Counted from the first letter of the stretch, positions 47,477-56,828 are shown. The stretch: DNA of 64,000 nt from Candidatus Bathyarchaeia archaeon (GCA_050012255.1 JBEKHN010000012.1:1-64000); one strand, 5' to 3'. Notes: generated from the sequence alone by a model not told the origin. Program-made: numbers and translations.

Positions 47477-48562
47477 CTACTCGCTTTCTTCTTTCAGTCT
47501 CCTCTCGAGTTCTTCAACCCTTTTGAGCAGCCCCTCGATCGCGGCTGCCTTGCGCAGGTCCTCCTGGCCTAGGGCCTGGCCGCCCTGGAGGTTCAAGAGC
47601 TCGATAATGCCGGCGTCGGTCAAGAGTTGTCTGAGCTTTTCGTCCTCGGGCATGTAGGCGCCGTTGAACCTCAACTGGTGCCCGGTCATTTTGTCGATCA
47701 GGTCGTCGCTGACCTTGTTTCTCAGCTGCGCGCTGAACCAGAGGCGGCAACAGTGAAAACTCAGCCTTTTTCCGTTATCTGTCAACCCGGCTTTTGCGCA
47801 TAGGGCCTTGAAAATCTTGTTCGGCTGCCCATTCTCAACGTGTTTCTCCTTGTACCCTGGGAACAGCCAGGGACCCTTAACGGTTGCCACGTACGTCTTG
47901 AGCATTGCTTGAACTTCAGGCGTCAAGACTAGGAGGATCTCACTGTTTGTTTTAGGCCTCACCAACTCGACAAATTCAAGCCTTACGCCGTCAAGTTTTC
48001 CCTCGAAATCTGTGACCTTCAACCCTGCAACCGTGCTTTCATCTTGACCCATTAATCCGAGGGCCAAAACACACTTGTCACGCAGGTCCGCGAGGTCGAA
48101 TAACCGCCCTATCTCAGGGCCCATCAGCTGGTGTTTCTTCCTTTCAATCCGAGGCCGCTGCATCCGCACGTCTTTCTTTCGGAATTTTCTAAGGCTAATC
48201 GGCAGATTGTAAAAAGCGAAGAAACTCTGCACCACCGTCACCGCGTGTTTGGCCGTCAACTGACTCAGCGTCTTCTCCTTGAACCGTCCAGTCGTGCCTC
48301 CGGCTCTGCCCTTGACGCTGCCCGTCAGTTTCGCCTTGCTTTCCATGAGTTGTTGATAGTACGCGAAGACCCTGCGGTTGTACGTGTCTGATTTGTCAGG
48401 ATCTTGTAGTAACTGGCGTTGCTCAGCGATCATCTCGGTTCCAGTTTTGCCAGTGAACTGCTCGAAACGTTTAAAGGAGGACTCATACGTTTGTTTCGTT
48501 GCGATAGAGGTGAAAGTCTCTAGCCATTCTCGCACTTTCGGGTCGTTTGTCACGCACTTCAC
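47477..48562 (-). CDS. Tyrosine recombinase/integrase
   Basis: RDK.VL, RPKT, FHCCR (HxxR), MTGH and AY catalytic Tyr. The box I Arg position is Asp. Confidence 0.92.
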   Translation of the reverse strand: MKCVTNDPKVREWLETFTSIATKQTYESSFKRFEQFTGKTGTEMIAEQRQLLQDPDKSDTYNRRVFAYYQQLMESKAKLTGSVKGRAGGTTGRFKEKTLSQLTAKHAVTVVQSFFAFYNLPISLRKFRKKDVRMQRPRIERKKHQLMGPEIGRLFDLADLRDKCVLALGLMGQDESTVAGLKVTDFEGKLDGVRLEFVELVRPKTNSEILLVLTPEVQAMLKTYVATVKGPWLFPGYKEKHVENGQPNKIFKALCAKAGLTDNGKRLSFHCCRLWFSAQLRNKVSDDLIDKMTGHQLRFNGAYMPEDEKLRQLLTDAGIIELLNLQGGQALGQEDLRKAAAIEGLLKRVEELERRLKEESE

Positions 48563-48670
48563 CGATAGAAGTGTTATAACAAACGGACATATATGCTTTA
48601 CCTATTTGAAAGTGTAAGAATAAGAGAATTTTCACCTTTATTATCTACCACACACTGGGAAAAATCATCA

Positions 48671-50635
48671 ATGCTGATTCAAGAGGTAATCCTCGAGAAC
48701 TTCATGAGTTACGAGTACGGCAGAGTGCCCTTTAAACCAGGCGTGAATGTTGTCTGTGGACCAAACGGTTCGGGAAAGTCGTCCCTTCTTCTGGCCATAT
48801 CCGTGGCTCTAGGGCAGTCTTACACTGAACGCTCTAAGAAACTGAGCGACCTCATACGTTGGGGCAAAGACCAAGCCCGGGTGACCTTGGTCCTGGATAA
48901 CACCAGGAGGGGAAAGAACAGGCCAGTGCCAAGATTCAACAAAGACCAGATTTTTCTCACACGCGTCCTGAGGCGTGACGGAACGTACTGGTTCTCTCTT
49001 GAAAACCATGCCGTCAACAAGAACGATGTTGAAAGACTCTTGGGAAGGTTGGGCGTTGACCCGGACAACATACTCATCATAATGCATCAGAACATGGTTG
49101 AACAGTTCACTGTGCTTTCTACCCAGGAGAAACTGCGAATAGTAGAAGCAGCAGTTGGACTCGAGCCCTATCGTGAAAATGTTTTGCAAGCACAGAAAAA
49201 GCTGACCCGAATACTAAGCCAGGAAGAGTCGATGAGTAAACTCTTGGAGTCAGCCGAGCAGACATTGAATTACTGGAGAGGACAATACGATAGGTACCAA
49301 GAGAAAAAGCAGTTACAGTCGAAAAGAAGGTTCCTAGAAAGAGAGCTAGCGTGGGCCGAAGTTGCAAGAAGGGAAGAAACGGTAAGGCAGCTGGAGGCTG
49401 AGAGAAAAAAGCAACAAGGCATTCTTGACCAGATCGAAGAAAAGACAAGGTCGGCAAAGGGTCACCTGCAGACTCAGGAACATGAGCGTGTAAAGCTGAA
49501 GGACGACTGGAGACAACTTTTTGACGAACGCCTGAGCTTCGAACGTCAGAAGGCAGGAAACTCATCGACCGTTCCGCTGTATGAACAACTTTTGAGAGAA
49601 ACAGCGACGCTAGAGATGCTCAGTCAAAACCCTGGCAAGGATACAACTCTTGAAACTGGGCAGGTTTCGAGGAAAACAGTGCAGATCAAACTCCTTAGGA
49701 GTGAAGAACTCAAAGAGTTGATACAAAATTCGAAAGAACACGCCTCAAAATTGGACGCTGAAATAGAAAGAAATCAGATGAAGACGAGGAACTGGGAAGA
49801 AGCAACCGAAAAGGTGAGTACTCAAATCTTGAACCTTCGCATCGAATTGGCGCTAATGCAATACCGAACGGAGAGCTCCGCGGCCAACGTCAAAGAACTT
49901 GAAAGATCCCTGAGTGAGGCGAAAACTCGTCTGGGTGAAACAGTAAAGAAGGCTGAGCAAGTCGGAGCCAGAATTGCAGTAATAGAGGAATTTGGCAAAA
50001 TCCTCGACGAGATACGCGTCACAGAAGGACACTTGGCTGCACTTTCAGATGTCTCAGAAGACATTGAACGCATGTACGAGTCCTATTCAAAACTCTATCT
50101 TGAACTGAAAGAGAAAGCCCAGCTTGTTGCCGAAAACCGTGAAAAAACACTGGAAGAGGTGAAGACGAGAATGCAGTCTTGGCGAACAGTCATTGGCAAC
50201 CTTCTCGACCACGTCAACTTGGAGTACCAGAAAACCTTAACCCAAGCTCAAGCCGTAGGAGAGGTTAGACTCGCCAACGGCCATGACATGGAGACAGCCG
50301 GACTCGAAATTCTCGTGGGGTTCAAAGGCGGAAGACCAGTCCCTCTTGACGCTTACACGCAGAGCGGTGGAGAAAGAACAACCGCAACGATGAGCTTTCT
50401 GCTGGCCTTACAGCAACACGTCCGTTCCCCGTTTCGCGCCGTCGACGAATACGATATCCACATGGACCCGAAAAACCGTGAACTCGTCGCTCAGATGCTC
50501 GTCTCAAGAGTTAACGATTCAAACGCACAGTACATCGTGATAACTCCAAGCCAAGTAACGTTCACAAAAGAAGGAACAAACATAATCACTGTTCAAAACA
50601 TTGAAGGTAAATCGATAATCAGAGAGGTGGCGTAA
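48671..50635 (+). CDS. Short Smc5/6-related SMC ATPase (ClsN/Arcadin-4-like)
   Basis: LENFMSY, GPNGSGKSS, coiled coil and QSGGER...LQ....PFRAVDEYDIHMD. The start at ATG 48671 is inferred. Confidence 0.88.
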   Translation: MLIQEVILENFMSYEYGRVPFKPGVNVVCGPNGSGKSSLLLAISVALGQSYTERSKKLSDLIRWGKDQARVTLVLDNTRRGKNRPVPRFNKDQIFLTRVLRRDGTYWFSLENHAVNKNDVERLLGRLGVDPDNILIIMHQNMVEQFTVLSTQEKLRIVEAAVGLEPYRENVLQAQKKLTRILSQEESMSKLLESAEQTLNYWRGQYDRYQEKKQLQSKRRFLERELAWAEVARREETVRQLEAERKKQQGILDQIEEKTRSAKGHLQTQEHERVKLKDDWRQLFDERLSFERQKAGNSSTVPLYEQLLRETATLEMLSQNPGKDTTLETGQVSRKTVQIKLLRSEELKELIQNSKEHASKLDAEIERNQMKTRNWEEATEKVSTQILNLRIELALMQYRTESSAANVKELERSLSEAKTRLGETVKKAEQVGARIAVIEEFGKILDEIRVTEGHLAALSDVSEDIERMYESYSKLYLELKEKAQLVAENREKTLEEVKTRMQSWRTVIGNLLDHVNLEYQKTLTQAQAVGEVRLANGHDMETAGLEILVGFKGGRPVPLDAYTQSGGERTTATMSFLLALQQHVRSPFRAVDEYDIHMDPKNRELVAQMLVSRVNDSNAQYIVITPSQVTFTKEGTNIITVQNIEGKSIIREVA

Positions 50636-51462
50636 TGCAGTCCAGAAAAGCACATGAGAAGCTCGGCAGAGAGAAGCTTCAACGCATCATCGAAACGTGC
50701 AGGTCCGTTGAAGAACGATCGCTTGACCCGTTCTTGATAGACCTTAAGGAGAACATCAGTACGGTCAGAGAATACTTTCCAGAATGGAAGATTCCAGAAG
50801 ACCTTTGCTTGGACGCTGAAACCATACACCGCCTAGCCTCCGTAGTCAAGCTTCAAAGCGAGTGGGTCAAACATCGGTCAACCTCACTCTACACAGACCC
50901 CTTTGTTCTGGAAGAAAAACTCAGGCGACTAGACAAGGAGGAGATCGTTAGAACCTTTATCAAAGCTTGGCATCCATTGGTTGAGTGGGAGCAGATATCA
51001 CTTCACAGCCTGGCCGAAGCCGTCAGGTACTGGAACAGTCTGGTGCCACTGAGAGAAAGGTGGAAGGAAGCCCCTCCGGCCGAAGTTGGCTCAGGCTCAG
51101 CAACGCGCGAAGAGCTTGTTCGCGAAAGGATTCTGCGAGATAAAGCCTTCTCCGAGGAACTCGAGAACTTCTGGCTTGAATTGAAGAACGTCGTCGCCCA
51201 GAAGGGTCAGAACGGAAAGATACGATACTGGGATTTCATCGGCGCAGAATCTTACGAGGAAACCGTGAACAGAGCTTTCATGACAAGCTTCCTCGTCACA
51301 TATGGCTATGCCACCTTGGAAATTCACCCGTTGGAAGAAGAAATGTATATTGTACCCTACCAAAAACTGCTGGTTAAGACGGGAAAAGAGCAGCTGGTGT
51401 CAATACCCATCTCAGTTTCAGCGACTGACTGGCAGAGGTGGAGGCGAGGAGAGCTGAAGTGA
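50635..51462 (+). CDS. Kleisin (ScpA/Nse4-like) subunit, putative
   Basis: LDPF.IDL N-terminal motif, C-terminal wHTH-like SFLV..GY..L, translationally coupled to the SMC gene. Confidence 0.6.
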   Translation: MQSRKAHEKLGREKLQRIIETCRSVEERSLDPFLIDLKENISTVREYFPEWKIPEDLCLDAETIHRLASVVKLQSEWVKHRSTSLYTDPFVLEEKLRRLDKEEIVRTFIKAWHPLVEWEQISLHSLAEAVRYWNSLVPLRERWKEAPPAEVGSGSATREELVRERILRDKAFSEELENFWLELKNVVAQKGQNGKIRYWDFIGAESYEETVNRAFMTSFLVTYGYATLEIHPLEEEMYIVPYQKLLVKTGKEQLVSIPISVSATDWQRWRRGELK

Positions 51463-52025
51463 GCAAGAGAAAAGCAACGTATGCCAGCAAACTGAAAAGA
51501 GCAACTCACATGCTCTTCTTCAAACGACACGCAAAACCTGGTGTTAAGGGTTGGGAACTGCGTAAGGCGTTGGGCGCTGATTATCCAAAAGTGTTGAAGA
51601 TTATGGATGACTACCTGAAGGGCCTTGACCTCGAAGTCAAAACCGTGTTCGAAGAAGGAAAGCAAGTTGAAAAGCCGAGTGTCGAACAGCTTGACAAGGC
51701 CAGATTCTACGTAGCGCTACGAGGGGAATTGGTGCCTAAAGAAGCAAAGATGATAGGGTGGCGGATAGACGACTTTGCAGGACTGGCAGTCGCCATTGCC
51801 TACGTCTTGTCCAAGAAGGGAAAGGCGCCGAGAGAAGAGGTTGAGCAACTGTTGCGAGAAAAGATCCCAGGATGGAAAGTGGGCCTTAACGTTGACAGGT
51901 ACGTCAGGTATGGTTACTTGGCTGAAGACGAAAACGGACAGCTTTACTTGGATTGGAGAACTCGCGCAGAAGTCGACCAAAAAGCTTTGATTGAACTTCT
52001 TTTGGCCGTAGAGACAAAAACCTAG
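51459..52025 (+). CDS. Kite (ScpB/Nse1-3-like) tandem winged-helix subunit, putative
   Basis: Two wHTH-like halves and ..YGYL....GQLYL.WRT.AE motif. Third gene of the SMC operon. Confidence 0.6.
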   Translation: MSKRKATYASKLKRATHMLFFKRHAKPGVKGWELRKALGADYPKVLKIMDDYLKGLDLEVKTVFEEGKQVEKPSVEQLDKARFYVALRGELVPKEAKMIGWRIDDFAGLAVAIAYVLSKKGKAPREEVEQLLREKIPGWKVGLNVDRYVRYGYLAEDENGQLYLDWRTRAEVDQKALIELLLAVETKT

Positions 52026-52043
52026 GAGCTTTACGCAGTTGGT

Positions 52044-52223
52044 CTATTTTCTTATCTTGTGGTAGACGAAGGCTATTACATCGATCACGACCAGAGCTAC
52101 CAGCGCCAACAGCGGACTGCCCAAGAACTGAGATGTGAACGAATCATCTGCGGCTCTGACTGTGCCGATGAGAGCTGAAAGAAGTACTAATGCGCACAGA
52201 CATGTTTTTACTAGTCGCGCCAT
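52044..52223 (-). CDS. 59-aa signal-peptide plus single-TM protein
   Basis: Hand translation MARLVKTCLCALVLLSALIGTVRA-ADDSF...LLALVALVVIDVIAFVYHKIRK, with a GGAG RBS. Confidence 0.7.
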   Translation of the reverse strand: MARLVKTCLCALVLLSALIGTVRAADDSFTSQFLGSPLLALVALVVIDVIAFVYHKIRK

Positions 52224-52242
52224 AGTCTCCGCATCTCTTAGG

Positions 52243-52680
52243 CTAAGTTATGCTGACGTTTTGTATATCGAAGTACCGTTTTGCCAAGAACCGTAACCTT
52301 TCAGCGTTTCTGCCGTTCTTTCCTATGGCGACGCCTTTGTCCTTCGGGTTGACAGCGACAACGGCTATTGTCTTGCCGTCTGGTCTTTCGGTTATGCGGA
52401 TCTCTTTGACGGCTGCTGGTTTCAAAGCGTTCTTGATGAATTGAGCGGGTTCTTCTGCGTACTCGATTATCTCGTGTTTCTTCCCAGTCATTCTTTCTAA
52501 AGTGTGGATGTTTCGTCCGCCTCTGCCTATCGCGACGCCCACCTGGCCCTCGTTGACGACGTAGAGCACGCGAGCTTGCTCTTCGTCGATTATGCAGTCT
52601 TTGACGCTGGCGTTGGTTATGCTTTCAAACAGTGCGATGTACCGCATCTCGTTGCTCGTGAACTTTATCCCTGTTGTCAT
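52243..52680 (-). CDS. nusA: Archaeal NusA
   Basis: Two KH domains (AIGRGG, AIGKNG). Confidence 0.96.
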   Translation of the reverse strand: MTTGIKFTSNEMRYIALFESITNASVKDCIIDEEQARVLYVVNEGQVGVAIGRGGRNIHTLERMTGKKHEIIEYAEEPAQFIKNALKPAAVKEIRITERPDGKTIAVVAVNPKDKGVAIGKNGRNAERLRFLAKRYFDIQNVSIT

Positions 52681-53012
52681 TCGTTTCCTCCGCCGGACTC
52701 CTCAGGCTCAGCGGTCTCTGTCAACTTGAGGATTTCTGAATCGCCTGGCTCTCTTATACTTAACGCTGAAACCGTGAAGGGCTTGCCGCATGCAGCGGCC
52801 AGATCCAACGATGACCCCCTGTAGAGGATTAATGGAACTTTTGAGAGGTTGCAGTAGTATTCAACGTCCTCGCGGACGTTCTTGGGAGCGTTTGACGCGA
52901 GAATTATGAGCTTGGCTCTTCCTGTTTGAGCGCTTTGCACTGCGGAGCTTGCTCCAATCGACACTTTGCCGGTTTTCACCGCCGCTGAAATTGCTTTGTT
53001 TACGTCTATCAC
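52677..53012 (-). CDS. rpl30e: 50S ribosomal protein L30e
   Basis: AVKTGKV.IG, CGKPF.VS.L.I..PG.S.I motifs. Confidence 0.96.
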   Translation of the reverse strand: MIDVNKAISAAVKTGKVSIGASSAVQSAQTGRAKLIILASNAPKNVREDVEYYCNLSKVPLILYRGSSLDLAAACGKPFTVSALSIREPGDSEILKLTETAEPEESGGGNE

Positions 53013-56000
53013 TTCTTCTCACTCTTCTTCTCGAGCGTTGACATGAACAATTCTACGAGTCCCGTGCCAATCGGTATGGACTGTCCGACTATTACGTTTT
53101 CGGTCACTCCGGCCAAGGGGTCGCTTTCACCCTTGACTGCCGCTTCAACGATGTTAGGGACGGTTATCTCAAAGGCTGCTCTGGCCAGGACGCTTGACTT
53201 CTTGCCGCTGATCCCATGTCTACCTATCTGCTGCACTTCACCCGTAGAGGTCATCATGTCGGCGACGAGCATGACGTGGCGCGTGTCTACATCCAACCCT
53301 TGTTCTTCTAGGACGCCCTTGGCCTCGTTCACCAAGGCGTTTCTAGCAGCCTCAATGCCTATCGTTTTGGCTATTTCATGAACGTTGTTCGTTGTTGTCC
53401 TTGAACTGTCAACGCCCAGGATCTCCAAGACCTTGGCCAGGTTTGAACCGTCTGTGTTTATGACCCATTCTCCATGTTCTTCAGTGACGAGCACACGCTT
53501 TATGCCGGGGACACCTTTGATGTGGAACACAGAGACTTTTCCAAGCATTTTCTTTATCGCTTCGACTTTTTTCGGCTGTATGTGTATGGTGTTGCCCTTT
53601 GTCTTTATGGTGCAGTTCGGAATCTGCAGTTTGTCCTTCAACTCCTGCATCGTCACTTCCCGGTCTTCCATCATCGTCTTGTCGGGTTCTATGATTATCT
53701 CTTCGTGCAATGGGTCTATGTAGACTGATTCGGCCAGGTTCTCCATGGTTGTGTACACGATTTCGCGTGCAATTTTCACAGCGGCTTCCCTGTTTTTTCT
53801 GTTCTCTTCTGTCAGGTAAATCTTCATGATCGGAGTGGACGGGATTCTCCTTGCATCCACGATCTCAATCAGTCGAGGCAGGCCGAGGGTCACGTTTTGT
53901 TCCCTAACGCCTGCGTAGTGGAAGGTCCTGAGCGTCATCTGCGTGCCAGGTTCTCCGATGGATTGAGCCGCAACGATGCCTACCGCCTCGCCGGGTTCCA
54001 TCAGGGCACGTTTGTAGTGCTCAACTGTCATGTTGACCGCTTTCTCGACGCCCGTCTTGCTCAGCCCTGCCTTGGCCGACGTTTGCCTGAGCTGGTCTAC
54101 GAGGATCGGCGTGAGTCGCGTTTGAACCTCATCCAGTTTCTCTTTGATGAATTCGGCGGAAGCTGGTCTGCCCTTCTCCTTAGCAATTCTTATCTGGTCA
54201 ACCAACCGGCTAACGTTCACTGCCTTTCCATGATCGCTCTTAGCCGGGTCGACACCGTCTTCGCCGTATTGGAACTGGATTATGTCTCCCGCTGAGTTTC
54301 TCACCGTGCTGTCGTACTCCAACCGTATGTGCTCGAGCGCGTTGATGAGTCTTCTCTGCATGTAGCCGCTCTGCTGTGTTCTGACGGCTGTGTCGACGAG
54401 GCCTTCTCGGCCACCCATGGCGTGGAAGAAGAACTCTATCACGTCAAGCCCTTTCTGATACGAGCTGTATACGAATCCTCTGGCTCTCGGCCGTTGGTCT
54501 CCTGATTGGAAGTGGGGTAGAGCTCGGTCTACGTACCCACGGAGTATCCTCTTCCCACGGACTGATTGTTGTCCCACGCAGGCGCTTATCTGGCCGATGT
54601 TCAGGCTTGAGCCTCTGGCGCCGGTTCGCGTCATGATTATTCCAGAGTTTTCCAGAGTGAAGTCTTCGTCAGCTATCTTGCCTGATTCATCTCTTGCCTT
54701 TGCCAGCTCGTTCATGACGTATATCTCAAATGAATCTTCCAGCGTTTGGCCTGGAAGCCTGGGCAACGTGCCCTTACGATAGCTTTCAATGAGATCCTCT
54801 ATCTTCTTCTCGATTCTTTCCATGGTTTTTTCTATTCTGTCCTCAGCCTTGGGAGACAAGACCAGCTCGTTGTACGAGTAGGTGAAGCCTCGCATAGTTA
54901 TGTAGAGCTTCAGCATCCTTGTGATCTTGTTGAGGAACTCCCGTCCCGCCTGACTGCCATAGTCCTTGATAATCCTGTGAAGAAGGCTCTCAGACTGTTC
55001 GGCACCTATGGAACGTCTGTCAATCACGCCGCTTACAAGCTCGCCGTTCTTCACGACAACGTAGGCGTCATATTTGCATTCTTCTTCTAGACATTTAACG
55101 CATCCTTGACAGATGTTGGCCTTCAAAACGTAGTTCATGTCCTTCGGTAGGAACAGGCTGAAGATCTGCTTTCCCGTCCACAATGGTTGCGGCTGTTTGA
55201 CCTCTGGCGGAGGCAGTTGGCCCTCGTATTTGGCTGCCAAGAGCAGCTTGTTGACTTCGTTTCTTGTCAAGTAGTTTGCTTTTCTCGTGAACAGGTATGC
55301 TGAGGTTATGAAGTCTCTGATGGCCCCTATTATTGGACCTCCAAACCTCGGCGAAAGGATCTGGTCCTGGACCTGCATAAGTAGGAGGGCTTCCGTTCGA
55401 GCCTCTTCGCTCTGAGGAATGTGCAGGTTCATCTCGTCGCCGTCGAAGTCTGCGTTGTACGGTGGACAAACGCACAGGTGCAGGCGGAACGTCTTGTACG
55501 GCAGAACGCGGACGTAGTGTGCCATAATCGACATGCGGTGAAGTGAGGGTTGACGGTTGAAGATGGCTATGTCCCCGTTCTTCAAGTGCCTCTCCACGAT
55601 GAAACGCAGTTCGATGGCTTCAGCGATCTTTTCTCTGTCGACGACGAATTCGAGTCTTATGCGTTTGCCATCGGGCCTGATGATGTAAAGGGCTCCAGGG
55701 TACTTTTCAGGTCCGTTTTTCACGAGGGTTCGCATCTCTTCGATGTTCCATTCTGTGACTTTTTCGGGCACTGAGAGGCGCATCGCAATTTCAAGCGGAA
55801 CGCCTACCTCGTTTATGTCGAGGTTCGGGTCCGGCGAAACAACGGTGCGTGCTGAGAAGTCTACCCTTTTTCCAGAAAGGTTGCTTCGGAATCTTCCCTC
55901 CTTTCCCTTCAATCTTTGTGAGAGTGTCTTGAGTGCTCTGCCGGAGCGGTGTCGAGCCGGGGGAATTCCTGAGGCCTCGTTGTTGAAGTAGGTCGTCACA

Positions 56001-56827
56001 TGGTACTGAAGGAGTTCTGACAGGTCTTGAATTATGAGCGTTGGCGCTCCTGCGTCCATGTTTTCTTTGAGCCTCTGGTTAATTCGAATTATGTCCACGA
56101 GCTTGTGAGTCAAATCGTCCTCTGAACGAATGCCCGATTCCAAAGTTATTGATGGGCGAACATAGACGGGTGGTACAGGAAGAACCTGCAGAACCATCCA
56201 TTCTGGGCGAGCCGCTTTCGGGTTGAACCCCAACAGTTCAAGGTCCTCGTTAGTGATGCGTTCCAGTCTTTCTCGGACCATGCTGGGCGTCAACGGTTCT
56301 GAGCCGCTTTCAGGGATCTGTTCGCTGAACTTTGTTGGCTTCTCAAAAGTGATCTTGTACTGCACGGCTGCGCATTGAGGACACTGCCTTCTCTTCGTTT
56401 CCTGCATGATCGCCTTATAAACCTCGTCCGGAACTAGACCCAAGAGTTGGCGCGTCTTCTCCACCTTTGCCTTGGCCCTCTCAATGACGTCGTCTGGAAG
56501 CATTATGCGTCCACAGTTTCGACACATCGCCCTCAAGAGGTCGTATATGATTTTCGTGAACTCAATGTGTATTATGGGAACTGCTAGTTCGATGTGACCA
56601 AAATGCCCTGGGCAGCGAATTGCCGTGTTGCCGCAGGTTTTGCACCTCTGTCTTGGTTCAAGGGTTCCAAGCCTCCCGTCCATCAGGCCCGAAGAGATTG
56701 GAGCCCCATCTTCATCGTAAGTGTCTGGTGTCTGAATTTCCACCACTGAAAGCTTGCGCACGTCGTGTGGCGAGAACATGCCGAAGTTTATTTCATTTAC
56801 AACTTTGCGGACAATTTCCTCGCTCAT
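53009..56827 (-). CDS. rpo1: RNA polymerase largest subunit, fused A'+A''
   Basis: NADFDGDEMN plus AQSIGEPGTQMTL in one 1272-aa ORF. Confidence 0.98.
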   Translation of the reverse strand: MSEEIVRKVVNEINFGMFSPHDVRKLSVVEIQTPDTYDEDGAPISSGLMDGRLGTLEPRQRCKTCGNTAIRCPGHFGHIELAVPIIHIEFTKIIYDLLRAMCRNCGRIMLPDDVIERAKAKVEKTRQLLGLVPDEVYKAIMQETKRRQCPQCAAVQYKITFEKPTKFSEQIPESGSEPLTPSMVRERLERITNEDLELLGFNPKAARPEWMVLQVLPVPPVYVRPSITLESGIRSEDDLTHKLVDIIRINQRLKENMDAGAPTLIIQDLSELLQYHVTTYFNNEASGIPPARHRSGRALKTLSQRLKGKEGRFRSNLSGKRVDFSARTVVSPDPNLDINEVGVPLEIAMRLSVPEKVTEWNIEEMRTLVKNGPEKYPGALYIIRPDGKRIRLEFVVDREKIAEAIELRFIVERHLKNGDIAIFNRQPSLHRMSIMAHYVRVLPYKTFRLHLCVCPPYNADFDGDEMNLHIPQSEEARTEALLLMQVQDQILSPRFGGPIIGAIRDFITSAYLFTRKANYLTRNEVNKLLLAAKYEGQLPPPEVKQPQPLWTGKQIFSLFLPKDMNYVLKANICQGCVKCLEEECKYDAYVVVKNGELVSGVIDRRSIGAEQSESLLHRIIKDYGSQAGREFLNKITRMLKLYITMRGFTYSYNELVLSPKAEDRIEKTMERIEKKIEDLIESYRKGTLPRLPGQTLEDSFEIYVMNELAKARDESGKIADEDFTLENSGIIMTRTGARGSSLNIGQISACVGQQSVRGKRILRGYVDRALPHFQSGDQRPRARGFVYSSYQKGLDVIEFFFHAMGGREGLVDTAVRTQQSGYMQRRLINALEHIRLEYDSTVRNSAGDIIQFQYGEDGVDPAKSDHGKAVNVSRLVDQIRIAKEKGRPASAEFIKEKLDEVQTRLTPILVDQLRQTSAKAGLSKTGVEKAVNMTVEHYKRALMEPGEAVGIVAAQSIGEPGTQMTLRTFHYAGVREQNVTLGLPRLIEIVDARRIPSTPIMKIYLTEENRKNREAAVKIAREIVYTTMENLAESVYIDPLHEEIIIEPDKTMMEDREVTMQELKDKLQIPNCTIKTKGNTIHIQPKKVEAIKKMLGKVSVFHIKGVPGIKRVLVTEEHGEWVINTDGSNLAKVLEILGVDSSRTTTNNVHEIAKTIGIEAARNALVNEAKGVLEEQGLDVDTRHVMLVADMMTSTGEVQQIGRHGISGKKSSVLARAAFEITVPNIVEAAVKGESDPLAGVTENVIVGQSIPIGTGLVELFMSTLEKKSEKK

Positions 56828-56828
56828 C

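Larger units (their letters stand above)
40077..48626. mobile_element. Integrated phage-satellite-like element (~8.5 kb)
   Basis: Integrase, regulators, helicase with iterons and tape-measure-like gene. AATAAGAG direct repeat at 40077-40084 and 48619-48626. Confidence 0.85.

Noticed and set aside
53009-56827. Fused rpoA'/A'' as a novelty, or inteins in RNAP/NrdD
   Set aside because: The fusion is known in several TACK lineages, and protein lengths are normal with no intein motifs.
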